DNA of 62,992 nucleotides, filler included, from Hausera hauseri (Eukaryota): NCBI GenBank assembly GCA_046269625.1. It is 9 parts of 9 records of this genome, joined end to end, with 100 filler letters (N's around TTAATTAATTAA, not from the genome) between each part and the next. Parts side by side here need not be neighbours in the genome. Positions count along the whole stretch, not along the records: positions 47,927 to 57,591 come from JBJURY010317717.1; positions 57,692 to 62,992 come from JBJURY010285614.1; 7 more parts are not named here. One strand, 5' to 3'. Shown piece by piece: positions 47,927 to 60,938 of this stretch (position 1 is its first letter; each line of letters starts with the position of its first letter). The notes under the pieces were generated by a model. It saw only the letters and a program-made list of their open reading frames with translations, ran no database searches and was not told where the DNA came from. The position numbers and the translations under genes were made by a program.

Positions 47927-50900
47927 TGTCGAAAACGGTGTATCAGGTGTATCAGGCAACCGGGGTGTCGTATGCCACGTTGATACAGACGATGGCGGCG
48001 ATGGCGGCGGGGGCGACGGTGGCGGATCTTTTGCACCGCTCGGTGCAGTATATACTTTCCGAGCACCCGGAAATTGCAAAGGGCGATTTGTGGGACAAGC
48101 CCGGCGCTTTTGGGCCTGTGGCGCTGGATGCGGTACAGGCGTCGCCGGATATACCGAGTTCGGTCACTGTTGAGGCTATACCTAATAGGCCGCAACCGTC
48201 TCCTGTATCGGAATCGTCAGTGGGGGATGAGCCGGACCCGGAGTATGCGGTTATAGTGAAGCCGGTGTCGGGGAATACGGCTAAACCCAACCCTTATGTG
48301 CTCGACCCTGTGGTAGCGGATATGTCGGAGATGATACAGGCAAAAGAATTGCTGGATTCCGGCAAGCTTGACCCGGCCACGCGCAACTTGCTGGATCAGT
48401 TTATTAAGGATGTGACGGAGCTCAAGAAAGCGCAGCCTGGCATCATGAATGGCGACCCGGATGCCATGAAGCCTGAGGATGCCATAACGCTGCTGGAGCA
48501 GATATACGAAAATCTGGGCAAGTTGCAGGCGCATCGCGATGTCAGGATAGCGTTTGCCGATATGGTGGAGCCTTTGACCACCGAAGTGCTGAAAGCGTTG
48601 ATGACGGGTGATAACGACCTTGGTCGGTGGGTTCCGCCAGTAACTGCCGGTTCGACTGCGCCCGATGCAGATGAAAACACATGGGGGCTCAAGGTACAGG
48701 AGGCACTGGATAAGGCGGAAGATCTTTCTGAGAGAGCCAAGGATCTGGAGGATCACGGCAAGCGCTCCCCGAAGGAGGTGATTGAGGCGCGCAACCAGGC
48801 AGAAGTCTCTCTGACAGAAGCGGAAGCCAAAGGCTGGATCACGCATGATCAAGCAAAGGAGGCCCTGGGCAAGATGGGGCAGGTGGTTGATCAGGCATTG
48901 GCCTATGACAGGGCCCGGACACTGCATGATGCACTGGATGACTTGATGGATAAGATGTCGCCGTTGGTCGATCCCCTGGATCAGAAAAACATTCAGAATC
49001 TGATAAAACTGAACCAGTGGCTGGAAGATGCAATGCCAGAAATGCAGGGCAAAAAGGCTAACCCGCCCGAGAAACATCAGGTGATGGATGTCATAGAACT
49101 GTTGATCAAGACCGCAGAAGTGCTGGAAGAAGCCGGCTTTGCTCCCGTACGATATGCGCCAGATTACAAGAAAAATATCGATAAGGGGTTACACCTGGTG
49201 AAGGCACACACTGCGCCGGTGACGACTGAAAGTTATCTGGAAAAAGCCTATACCCTGAGTAGCAGCTATCTGAAGATGATGGTGGATTTTGTGAATGACC
49301 TTTACGTGGAAGGTGCGACAACCCAAGAGCAAAGGGCAAAAATAAAGAATTTTGTTGAGCGGGGTGAGTTTTTGATCGCAGAGCAGGAAAAGATCATGGC
49401 CGGGGGGGGGAGGCCGGGCAATATTGACCATATCAAGTTTCAGCATAATGAGTTGATCTTTGAGTTCACTACGATGCCTCTGGGTGAGGCTGCTTTCAAG
49501 AATCTGCTCGTAAAGATAGATGAATATGTCGACCAGGGTCGGTTTACATCGCTGAAAGGCAACGATGTCGGCAAGCTTTTTGTGGCTCCAGTGCGTGAGC
49601 TGCTGGCAGAGCATGCGCGTCAGGAGATGGCTGAACTGCTGAACAACACCGACCTGTTCAGAAAAGAAACCATAGAGGCAAATCTGCATAAATATCTGGC
49701 ACAGGCGCAGGGTGAGATGAACCGGATGATGCAGATGCTGAATGACCCCAAAAACACCACGCCGGCTAAACAACAGGAAATCGATAACCTGCAAGGCAAG
49801 GTTAATGAACTGGTGAAATGGGCGAAGGGCCTGCCGCCTGGCATGCTGGATGCTGCCTGGCAGCAGAAGGTGCAAGGGGTGACCGATCAGATAGTTGATC
49901 TCGATAATGCATTGTTCAGGCATGCTCAGGTGGTGAATGATGCGATGCTGAATTGGAAAAACCCGGATTATCACGCCGAACTTGACGATACGACAGAGGG
50001 TTCTGTGAGATCGGGCAAGAGTGTGACGCTTGATCCGGCGGCGGAAAAGGACACCCTGGTCAAGACACTGCAGAAAATCTTGCAAGAAGAGAGGCTGACA
50101 CCAGAGGGGAAAGCCGCGACTGATAAATTGCTGACTCAGGTGATCGAGATAGACAAAATGCGAGTCAAGCTACAGACCGGGAAAATGGAGCCGGATATCC
50201 CGGTGTTGAGCGATGCCCTGGTCAGGGCGGTCGAGCTGGCCAACGATATGCACTACAACCGCGTACCGATGGACGATATAGACCAAGGCTTGCGTGATTT
50301 GGCCAAAGCCGCGCTGGGCGATTCGATTGATGTCGGGCAGAAGCGCATGGATATTCGCCCGAAACCCTATGACGAGATGGTGAGTCAATTCTCTACCAAA
50401 CTTGAAGCTTCCTTTGCTGTATTGGAAGATATGAAACAGAATTTATCGGACGCAGCCAATGCTTTGATACATAAGCTAACAAACCCTGGTATTCGCCGGG
50501 CTGTAGACTTGAAACCTGAAATAGAGGCAATTCATAAAGTGCTGCAAGATACTGACTTGGCTGGAGTCGTGATGCCTAAGCAATCGGTGGATGCGATCAA
50601 TCGCTTGCTGGGTGAAGTGCAGAAGGAGTTGGAGAACCGTCAGAATCAGGATGTAACTGACACGCTGTACCGGTTGAAGTATTTCCGGGATCATGTCGAG
50701 ACTGTGAGTACGGCTATGTCCGAATCTTATGTGAACGGCCTTCTGGATCAGTTTGCCAAGGATGTGGAGGCACTCAATAAAGCGAATCCTGAGGTCATAG
50801 ATGGCAAACTGAGTGCAACGAGGCTCGCAGAGGGATCGGAGCTGATCGCGCAGATGCAACGGATATACGAGAACCTGGGCAGATTGCAACAGTATCCCGA

Positions 50901-53900
50901 TATTGCGGAACAGATTACCCCGTATACCGATGTGTTGGAATCTTTGACCGTAGACGTACTGGAAGCGCTGATGACGGGTAATAGCAACCCTGGTCGGGTG
51001 GTTCAGCCAGAAGTTGCAGGTAAAAACCAATTGAAGCTTGAGGTAAAAGAGGTAATGAATCTGGCGAAAGAGCTTTCTACACGAGCCAATAATTTGGAGG
51101 ATAACGGCAATCTCCTCCTGAAGGAGGTGATTGAGGCACGCAACAGGGCAGAAGTCTCTCTGGCAAAAGTGGAAGCCAAAGGCTGGATTACGCATGAAAG
51201 AGCAAAGGCGACCCTGAGCAAGGTGGAGGATGCGGTTGACCAGGCATTGGCCGATAACAGGGCCCGGACACTGGACAACCTGATGGGTAAAATGCCGCCG
51301 CTGCTCGACTCCATAGATCAGCAAAACATTCGGAATCTGGAAACACTGAACCAGTGGCTGGAAAATGCAATTCCAAAAATAGAGGGCAACCAGCCCGATG
51401 CGCCTGGGATATACCGGGTGGTGGATGCCGTAGAACGATTGCACTATAACGCAGGCCTTCTGAAAGAAGCCGGCTTTGATCCCGAAAAATATGTGCCATC
51501 CTACAAGCCAAATATCGGCAAAGTGGCAGATCTGCTAGAGGCGCACCCCGATCCGGTGACGACTGAAAGTTATCTGGCAAAAGCCTATACCCTGAGTGCC
51601 AGCCATCTGGAACTGATGGTGGATTTTGTGAAGAATGATTACGCGATAGGTTCTAAGAACCCGGCGCAACAGAAAGAAAAACAGTCTTTTATTAATCTGG
51701 GTGATGCTTTGATCGCAGATCGGGAAAAGATTATGACCAATGGGCTGGCATCGTACAGTATTGAAAAGGTTACTAATCCCGACACCAATGCCGTGAGTTA
51801 TACCCTGGACCAAGATTACAGAGACGCGATCAGCGAGATGTATGCTAAATTGGGAGCTGAATTCAGCCATCTGCCGATGGGTGAGTCTGCTTTCAATACT
51901 CTGCTCGAAAAGATAGATGAATATGTCGCTCAGGGTCGGCTTTCGTCACTGGAAGGCAACGATGTCAGCAAGCTTTCTGTGGCTCAAGTGCGTGATCTGC
52001 TGGCAGAGAATTTGCTTCAGGAGGTGCATGAACTGCTGGACAACGCCAACCTGTTCAGAGAAGAAACCATGCAGGCAAACCTGCATAAATATCTGACACA
52101 GGCGCAGGGTGAGATGGAGCAGATGCAGCAGATGCTGAATGACCCCAACACGCTGGTTACCCCACGGGAAACTGATAACCTGCGAGGCAAGATTAGTGAA
52201 CTGGTGAAATGGGCGAATGGTTTGGCGTCTGGCATACTGGATGAAGCCGGGCAGCAGCAGGTGGAAGTGGTGCTCGAACGGGCAAACAATCTCGATGAAG
52301 CATTTCTCAAGCATGCTCATGCGATGAATGATGAACTGCTGAAGCAGGCAGAATTGAATTATCAGGCCGGATTTGACGATACGACAGAGGGTTCTGTGAG
52401 ATCGGGCAAGAGTGTGCCGTCGTCGCTCGGTTCCGTGGATCAGAAAAACATTCAGGATCTGCAAGAGCTGAACAACTGGCTGGAAGATGAAATTTTAAAA
52501 GTGGGGGGCAAGCAGCCCAATGCATTTGATAAAACCGAGATACTGAATGTCATAGGCCTGTTGGACGAGAAAGCAGACGCTCTGAAAAAAGCCGGCCTTA
52601 ATCCCGCAGAATATGCGCCAGGCTACGCGGAAAATCTCAACAATGGGTTACAACTGGTGGAGGCACACACCGCGTCGGTGACGACTAAAAGTTATCTGGA
52701 AAAAGCCTATACCATGAATAGCGTCTATCTGTTTATGATGATGGATTTGGTACAGAATGAGTACGCGCAAATTGATAAGACCCTGGATCAAGAGATAGCA
52801 GCCAAGGAGTTTGTTAAGCTGTGGGAGGCTGTGATCGGAGCGATGGACAAGATCCTGATCGGGGGGATGGAGCCGGGCAATATTAAAGTTATTAACACCG
52901 AAACCGGTGCTAATAGATATATCCTGGATCCAGCATATAGAGACCAGATCATGGAACAGTATGATGAATTGATCTCTAATTTCAGGGAGATAGAGATAGG
53001 GGAAGCTGCTTTCAAGACTCTGATCAGAAATATAGATGATGCTGTCCTTCAGGGTCTGCCTGACCCGCTGAAAGACTACAATCTCAGAGAGCTTTCTGTG
53101 TTCGATATACGTGATCTGCTGGCAGATAATGCATTTAAAGACATGTTGGAAGTGCTGGACAACGGCCACCTGTTCAGAAAAGAAACCATGCAGGCAAATC
53201 TGCATGACTATCTGGCACAGGCGCAGGGTGAGATGGAGCAGATGCAGCGGATGCTGAATGACCCCAACACGCTGGTTACACAGCAGGAAATTGATAACCT
53301 GCAAGGCAAGATTAATGAACTGGTGCAATGGGCGAAGGGTCTGGAACGCGGCATGCTGGATGATGCCGGGCAGCAGCAGGTGCAAAGATTGGCTGATCAG
53401 GGAGGTACGCTCAATGATGAACTGCTCAGGCATACTCAGGCGGAGAATGGTGAGTTGCTCGGGCATGGTCAGGCGGCCCATGACCCCCTGGCCAAGGGGA
53501 TACAGGCAATTCTGGAAAAAGGGTGGCTGACGCCAGAGGGGAAAGCCGCGACTGCAAAATTGCTGACTCAGGTGACCGAGATAGACGAGATGCGGCTCAA
53601 CCTAAAAACCGGGCAAATGGACCCGTATACGGATGGCCAGGTGTTTGACGATGCCCTGCTCCATGCGGCCGAGCTGGTCAAAGATATGCGCTCCAACGGC
53701 GTGCTGATGGACGGTATAAAACAGGGCTTGCGGGATTGGGCCGAAGCCGCGCTGGGTGATTGGGTTGACGCTTGGCAGAAGAGTATGGATATTCATCCGG
53801 AACCCTATGCTGATATGGTGAGTAAATTTAAGGCTGGTGCTGTGTCTAAAGTTGACCCTGCTGTAATCGAGGATGCGAAGCAGAAGCTTTTGGGCGCACT

Positions 53901-56900
53901 CAATGCCTTGGCGGACAAGATACAAGACCCTTCTATTCGCTGGCTTGACGCATTACAACCTGAAATAAAAGCGGTTCAGCAGGCAGTGAGAGATGCTACC
54001 CAGGGTGAAATCGCGTTGCCCAAGGAAATGATGGATAAGGTCAATGCCAGTCTGGGTGAAGTGCAGGAGCTGCTGACGTACCGTCAGAATCTGGGTGTAG
54101 ATTATGATCTGGACCAGTTGGCTAATCGCCGGGAACAAGCCAGGCAGGCGGCTCAGGACGCTTCCATATCTGATTCTGATCTGGACAGACTTCTGAATCA
54201 GCTTAACCGGGATGTGGAGGCGCTCAAGAAAGAGCAGCCTGGCATCATGAAAGGCGACCTAGATGCCATGGGGTATAAGGATGCCATGCCTCTGCTGGAG
54301 CAGATATACGAGAATATGGGCAAGTTACAGGCGCATTCCAAGATCGGGACAGCGCTTGCCAATGAGGTGAATTCTTTGGCTGCCAACATGCTGAGAGGGA
54401 TGCTGGTGGGTGAGAACGACCCTGGTCGGGCGAATCAGAAAGTAATTGGAAATCCGGTAGTGCCCGATGATGCTGATAAAGACCGATGGAGGCTTGCGGC
54501 GGATGATGCACTGGATATGGCGAAAGAGCTTTTTGCACACCTCACGGATGCGGCGGGCTACGACAGGCGTGCTCCGGAGGGCGTAGTTACCGCACTCAAC
54601 AAGGTAGCAGTCTATCTGGCAGAAGCGGAAGCCGAGGGCTGGATCACGCATGAATACGCAATGGATGTCCTGAACCATGTGAATGAGGTAGTTGACCAGG
54701 CACTGGCCCAGAACAAGGCTCTAACATTGCGTGATGAACTGGACAGGCTGATGGGTCAAATGTCGTTGCTGGCTGGTTCCGTGGATCAGGAGAGTGACGG
54801 TCGTAGTACGGCAGGGAGTGATACGAGTTCGAGGTGGAGTGATGTGGGTACGGGCAAGTATGTGTCGCTGAATGGGGCTGCAAAAAATGACCCCCTGGCC
54901 AAGGGGATACAGGCAATTCTGGAAAAAGGGGAGCTGACGTCAGCGGGGAAAGCCGCGACTGAAAAATTGCTGGCTCAGATGACCAAGATAGACAAAATGC
55001 TACTCAGGGTACAGGCCGGGAAAATGGAACCAGATAACCTGGCGTTGTTCTATACCATGCTCAAGGCGGGTGATCTGATCAACGATATGCACTCCAACGG
55101 CGTACCGACGGATGGCATAGATCAAGTCTGGCAGGATGTGGCCAAGGCCATGCTGGGTGATGATATCTTGCTAACTGACGATACGGTAGGGGGTTCTGTG
55201 AGAGTGGGCAAGGGTGTGCCGCTGGATCCGGCGGCGGCCAATGACCCCCTGGCCAAGGGGATACAGGCAATTCTGGAAGAAGGGAGGCTGACGCCAGAGG
55301 GGAAAGCCGCGACTGAAAAATTGCTGGGTCAGGTGATCAAGGTAGACAAAATGCGACTCAAGGTAAAGACCGGGCAAATGCATCCGGATGACCCGTTGTT
55401 GACCTATGCCATGCTCAAGGAGGGTGAGCTGGCCAACGATATGCACGACAAGCGCGTACCGATGGGCGGTATACAAGACTTGCAGGAGTTGCAGGAGTTG
55501 CAGGATTTGGCCAAGGCCATGCTGGGTGATTTGCTGCCTGGCGATGAGATAAGGGATTATTTGAGCCCGGGCAAGAAAGTGTCGCTGGATCCGGCGCTAG
55601 TCAAGGACCCCCTGGCCATGCAACTGCAGAAAATTCTGGAAGAAGGGGGGCTGACGCCAAAGGGGGCAGCCGCGACTGAAAAATTGCTGGCTCAGGTGAC
55701 CGAGATAAAGAAAGTGCTAATCGATGTATATAAAAAGAAAATGGAGCTGGATAAAATGGAGCTGGATGTCCCGGCGTTGAGAGAGGCCATGCGCAAGGTG
55801 GGCGCGCTGGCCAACGAAATGTACGACAACCGCGTATCGATGGATGGTCTAGATCAGAACTTGCAGGGTTTAGTCGGCGACATGCAGCTTGTTGCCAAAT
55901 TCGTGCTGGGCGAATCGGTATATAACGACAATCCGATAGAGGATCATTTAAGACCGGGCAAGCATGTGTCGCTGGATTCGGTGGTGGCCAATGACCCCCA
56001 GGCCAGGAAACTGCAGGCAATTCTGGAAAAAGGGGGGCTGACGCTAGCCGGGGAAGACGCGGCTGAAAAATTGCTGGCTCAGGTGACCGAGATAAACAAA
56101 GTGATACTTGATGTATATAGTGGGCAAATGGAGCTGGATGGCCGTGCGTTTAAAGAGGCCATGCACAAGGCGGGCGATCTGGTCAACGAAATGAACGACA
56201 ACCGCGTACCGATGGATGGTATAGATCAGGACTTGCAGCGTTTAATCAGAAGCGCGCAGGTTTTTGCCAAAGGCGCGCTGGGCGAATCGGTATATAACGA
56301 CAATCCGATAGAGGATCATTTAAGGCCGGGCAAGAGTGTGCCGCTGGATGATGCGGCGAAAAGTGACCCCCTGGCCAGGAGACTGCAGCAAATTTTGCAA
56401 GACGGAGAGCTGACACTCGCCGGGGCAGCCTCGATTGAAAAATTGCTGGCTCAGGTGACCGAGATAGACAAAATGCGACTCAAGGTAAAGACCGGGAAAA
56501 TGGAAGCGAATAACCCGGCGTTGAACTATGCCATGCTCAAAGCGGGTGATCTGATCAACGATATGCACTACAACCGCGTACCGATTGACGGTATAGATCA
56601 AGGCTTGCAGGATTTGGCCAAAGCCGTGCAGAGTGACTTGGCTGATGCTGCCCTGGCTGGAATCGGGGTGCCCAAGGAAACGGAGGATAAGGTCAATACC
56701 TGGCTGGGTGAAAGGCAGAAGGTGTTGGAGGCCAGTCGGAATCAGGATGTAGCTGACGCGCTGAAGCGGTTGCAGGATATCCAGAATCAGGCCGGGGTGG
56801 CAGAGGATAAACTGCTGACCGATGCAGAGCGGGCGAGGGCACAGGAGGCTGAGGCGGCAAGAGCAGCGCAAGATGGCCAGGACTTGGGGATCAAGGCCCG

Positions 56901-57591
56901 GTTTGAGCTTAATGCGCAGAACCACGGGCTGAATCCGGGCGATGAAAATGTGTATGACCCGGATCGTCTGGAGAGGGTGAAGGAATGGCTGCGTGATGAC
57001 GAGAGGCGGAGTACTGCGAGCTCGGCAGCAGAAGAGGCGAGCAGGAGGAGCCAGAACAGCAAAGAGACGAGTAATCGGACATATGGCGTAGTGGATGATG
57101 AAAGTATTTACATTGAAGTGGACAGTGGGAGCCAGAATAGCGAAGAGGTGGGCAAGGATGCCAGCGGAACCAACAATCGCACGAATCCGGCGCAAACTGG
57201 CATGAGCATGGCGGTGACCTTGCTGTTTGGTGGGATAAGCGTGTACCAGATGTACGGTGCGATGCGTGCGCTGGAAGATTACCTGAAGCACACGCCGGCC
57301 AACGAGAGTAGTAACGAGGTGTTGAGCGGGCTGGCGGTGGGTATATTTTCAGGCGCGATCACGTCGGGGATGCTGGCGCTGGATTCGGCCAGCATGGCAA
57401 TGGCGCAGGTTGCCGAGAATTCGATACGGGCGGGGAGGTCGTTCTCAGGAACGCAACAGGCGAAGATAGCAGGGCAGTTGTCGTTGGCTGGGGTGGGCGT
57501 AGCGGCGGTGATTAGTTTTGTGATGATCGTACAGGCGGCGGCGGTGTATCGTGAAGCGCATTTTGAGGAATTGACGGGTGCGGTGGTGATG
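47927..57591 (+). CDS. Giant (>3200 aa) modular helical-repeat protein with a C-terminal hydrophobic Gly/Ala-rich segment; probable bacterial toxin or effector, truncated at both ends
   Basis: One uninterrupted frame across the whole contig, clearly higher GC than the other contigs, no introns, four repeated module types. Confidence 0.85.
48388..56790 (+). repeat. Intragenic module array A-B-C-D-A-B-B-C-D-A-C-C-C-C-C-D'
   Basis: A (QIYENLG..Q, GWITH) x3; B (ESYL.KAYT, FR.ET..ANLH.YL.QAQGEM) x3; C (DPLA..IQ.IL..G.LT..G.AAT.KLL.QV) x7; D (MDI.P.PY, PEI.A, RQN) x2 plus a partial. Confidence 0.9.
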
Positions 57592-60439
57592 NNNNNNNNN
57601 NNNNNNNNNNNNNNNNNNNNNNNNNNNNNNNNNNNTTAATTAATTAANNNNNNNNNNNNNNNNNNNNNNNNNNNNNNNNNNNNNNNNNNNNAAGAACTAT
57701 AGGTAATTTATTGTCAAATCTGACTAAACTTCGGCTTCTTAAATTTCGATGAATGGTTGACTCTAGCTACTTTACTAAGTTTATATGTAAACCCTTTGTG
57801 GATTTTATTAATTATTATTTAGATGTGTCAAAGATTTTTAAGTGTGCGATCACTTGACTGTCTGAGTCAGAGATCTAAACTTGTCAAAAAAAAGGATTTT
57901 ATGTGTTTATTTATTGTGTACTAATTTTCCCCGACCCTTAAAAGGTTAGTAGGAATTTAGACTTGTGAAGTACTTCGTTCAACAATTACAACTTTTTTAA
58001 ACAATACAATATGACCTTTTGCTTGAAAGGTTTCAATAAAATGAAGGAACGTGTCGTAGTCAGAAAAACGAACGACGGTGTTGTTAACTTTAGCAGTGAA
58101 AACCGAAGAAGAATTTCGTTTAAAACGATTCAAAAAGCGACGAAACATAAATTTATGTTCGGGCGCCAAATCTTGTGTTTGTGTTTTAAATCCACAAACC
58201 AATTTCTGAGGGTTATCTCTCAAATATTGTTGATGAAGTTGTTCTTTCCTAATTGCTTCTTTAGCAAAGAAAAACTCAAGTCGCTCTTTGATAACGAAAT
58301 TCCAATAAGAGATTAGAATGAAAATATGATTGAAATATATTGAGATATTTTTGAAATAGTTCACAAATCTCATACAATTATTTAACAAATTGTAATAATT
58401 ATTTATATGTTTAAGTTTAGTGAATTGCTTGTGGAAGAATGGAAATTGTTTATTTAACTCAAGCTTTCTGTGAGCTTGGTTTGAATGGTTTTACTTTGAA
58501 AAATAACAAACTCGAAAAACAAAATGTATTGTTATCCAAAAGATAATAAATAAACAAAAAACTTACAAGTTCTTCTCAATCAAGGTTTACCCAAGAGGTA
58601 ATCATAAATCATAATTTCAAAAATGGAAAAGTATCAATTTGAACAGTTCAGTTTCACTCAATTTCAGTTCTGTATTTATACCTTTTAAAAACTATTTTTG
58701 GTGACAAAATCGGGTCAGAGAATTTTTACTCTGAAAACCCGAAGACCTATTTTTAGTTATCCACAATGTTCGGTAAAATCTATTTTTACCAACAAAACCG
58801 GGTGAGAAAAATATCTCACTAAAACCCGGTGTTCTAATTATAGATTTTGAACTTTTTCTAAAAATCAGACATTTTCAGACATTAGTGTCTGATATTCATA
58901 TGTACAACATTTGTAAATAATGAATCGATGGTTATATATAAGTCGATGCTAAAACTGGTAAGTGTAGTTGTTGTTGAAGTTGTGAAAGTTGTTGTGAAAA
59001 TTGAAGTTAGTTGTCGTAAAATTGAAGAGAAGTTCCAGTTCAGTTTATTGTTCCGAAGTAAATCCAGAATTTCAGTTATTGAACGTTATTGATAAAGACG
59101 ATTGACTCGATATTTTGAATCGAATTGTGTACGGTATAATCTGTTTGTATTGAATAAATTTGTATATTTAAAATTCTTGTGTAGCTTTTTTCGTCGCTCT
59201 TTAAGAGGGACTTGAACTACCCTAAGAATTAAAATCTTTTATAATATTTATAGTTAGGACTAGAGTTTGTAATTGAAGCATTCATTGCACGCAGTACCTT
59301 CAAGTTAAATTAAGTGCAAACTTCTAACGAGAACGTTAGAACTTACCTGCATAATTGAGTTAACTAAATTGATTTACTTATTGTTATAGTTGGGTGGTAG
59401 ATAGGGCCCACCTTCAACTACTAACAAGAGAAATGGGATTATATAATTTTTTAGGTTGTTTACTTTGGCTACAATTCCTAAATAATCCTTTGATAAATCT
59501 AGTTGGAGTGAAAAAGGTTATTTACAACAAGGACAAATTATTTATCCTTAATTTTGAGAGTTTATTTAATTTATGTGTATGAACGTTGGCCTACTATGAT
59601 TTTGTCCTTTCCCGCTGCTAATTTGTGGGTGTAAAATTACAATTATTTGTAAAGAAGAAATAAACAACACGTTATTGGACTCGTAATGTCAAATAACAAG
59701 TAAAATATAACAAACCGAGGTTTGAACAATGATTGGAATCTAACCAATATATTTTCAGTAAATGTACAAACCAGGAATCCAACCCGGATTACTAGTACAA
59801 GCTACTGGAATTGAACCAGAATAATGCAATAGCAACTTGCAATAAAAGGAATGACACCAATCTGATTTCTATTGCTTACGTCTGCTGTTGTTTTTTGTTT
59901 TCTTTTTATACCAGTTTCAATTTGTGGGAGTTATTTTATTTTTTAGGGGTTAAATTTCTTAAAACCTGGGGGTGTTTTTCTATCTCATGGAGTGTTGAGT
60001 ATATTATTAAAGGCTTTTATTTATTTTATCTGGGGGTGTTTACTTTTCTAAATTTAACACTTAATTTTTATCAGTAGTAAAACTGATAAAATCGATTGTC
60101 TTAATTGCCGTATTAATTCTTCTTGGTTTCTCTCGGGTAGTCAGTGGACTGTACTACTCATTAAAGTAACAGTCACTAGCTACCCTAGAACATTAGCTGT
60201 TTTTGTGTAGCAGCATTTTGACAATTACTTTGCATTATACACAATTGATAAGTTTATTGATATAAAGAAATTGATTTTATAATCGTAAACTTATGCTTTA
60301 CTCACTCTGATCGGGAGTTTCTCCTTCCTCCAGATCACTTTATTATTTAGTCAGTGTGTAACAACCTGTGGGTTGCTTTTCTTTTACTTTATTTATTTAA
60401 ACTTATGGTGTGAGCTTCGTCAGGGGCAAACCGACGTCA

Positions 60440-60448
60440 CTCCCCCTT
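60440..60448 (-). promoter_or_regulatory. Polypurine tract preceding a putative 3' LTR start at 60439
   Basis: Minus strand AAGGGGGAG|TGACGTCGG...CCTGACGA, about 490 bp after the stop of ORF 60939-62981. Confidence 0.6.
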
Positions 60449-60938
60449 ATTTATTTGATTTTAAATTACCGGGTTTTACTGTCCGGTAAGAAAATAATAA
60501 CAAAATCCCAAATTTATTACTTTCCTAATACAATATAGTCTTTAGTTATAGATTACTCAAATACTTAACAAAAGATTGAACAAATGTAAATACAAATATA
60601 TTGTAAAAATAAAATCACTCAAATTAAAATAATAGATAAATGAACTCAATTTAACAAATGATTTAAGAAAAGATAATACAAACGCTTACATGAATTGAAC
60701 ATATACATGGCAAGAGAGAAATTATTATTGTAGGTCACTACTGAAAACTCCAATATATATATCCTTTTTTAACGTAAGTAACACAAGACAAAAACAAAAA
60801 CAAAATTCCGATGATAAAGAAATACAAGTGAAATTAAAGAAAATCAGACAACGATAGACTAAACAAAATCATAATGTCATAAAATTTAAATTAATGTTGC
60901 AAACGTGACGCACAATTAAATGTTAATTTGGTGTTATT

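Noticed and set aside
49984-56324. Near-exact ~43-bp nucleotide repeats as a CRISPR or DGR-type array
   Set aside because: They are in-frame coding linkers at irregular, module-scale spacing, with no cas genes and no adenine-specific variation noticed.
47952-57291. Many minus-strand ORFs up to 323 aa
   Set aside because: They are antisense shadows of the giant ORF and repeat only because the sense modules repeat.
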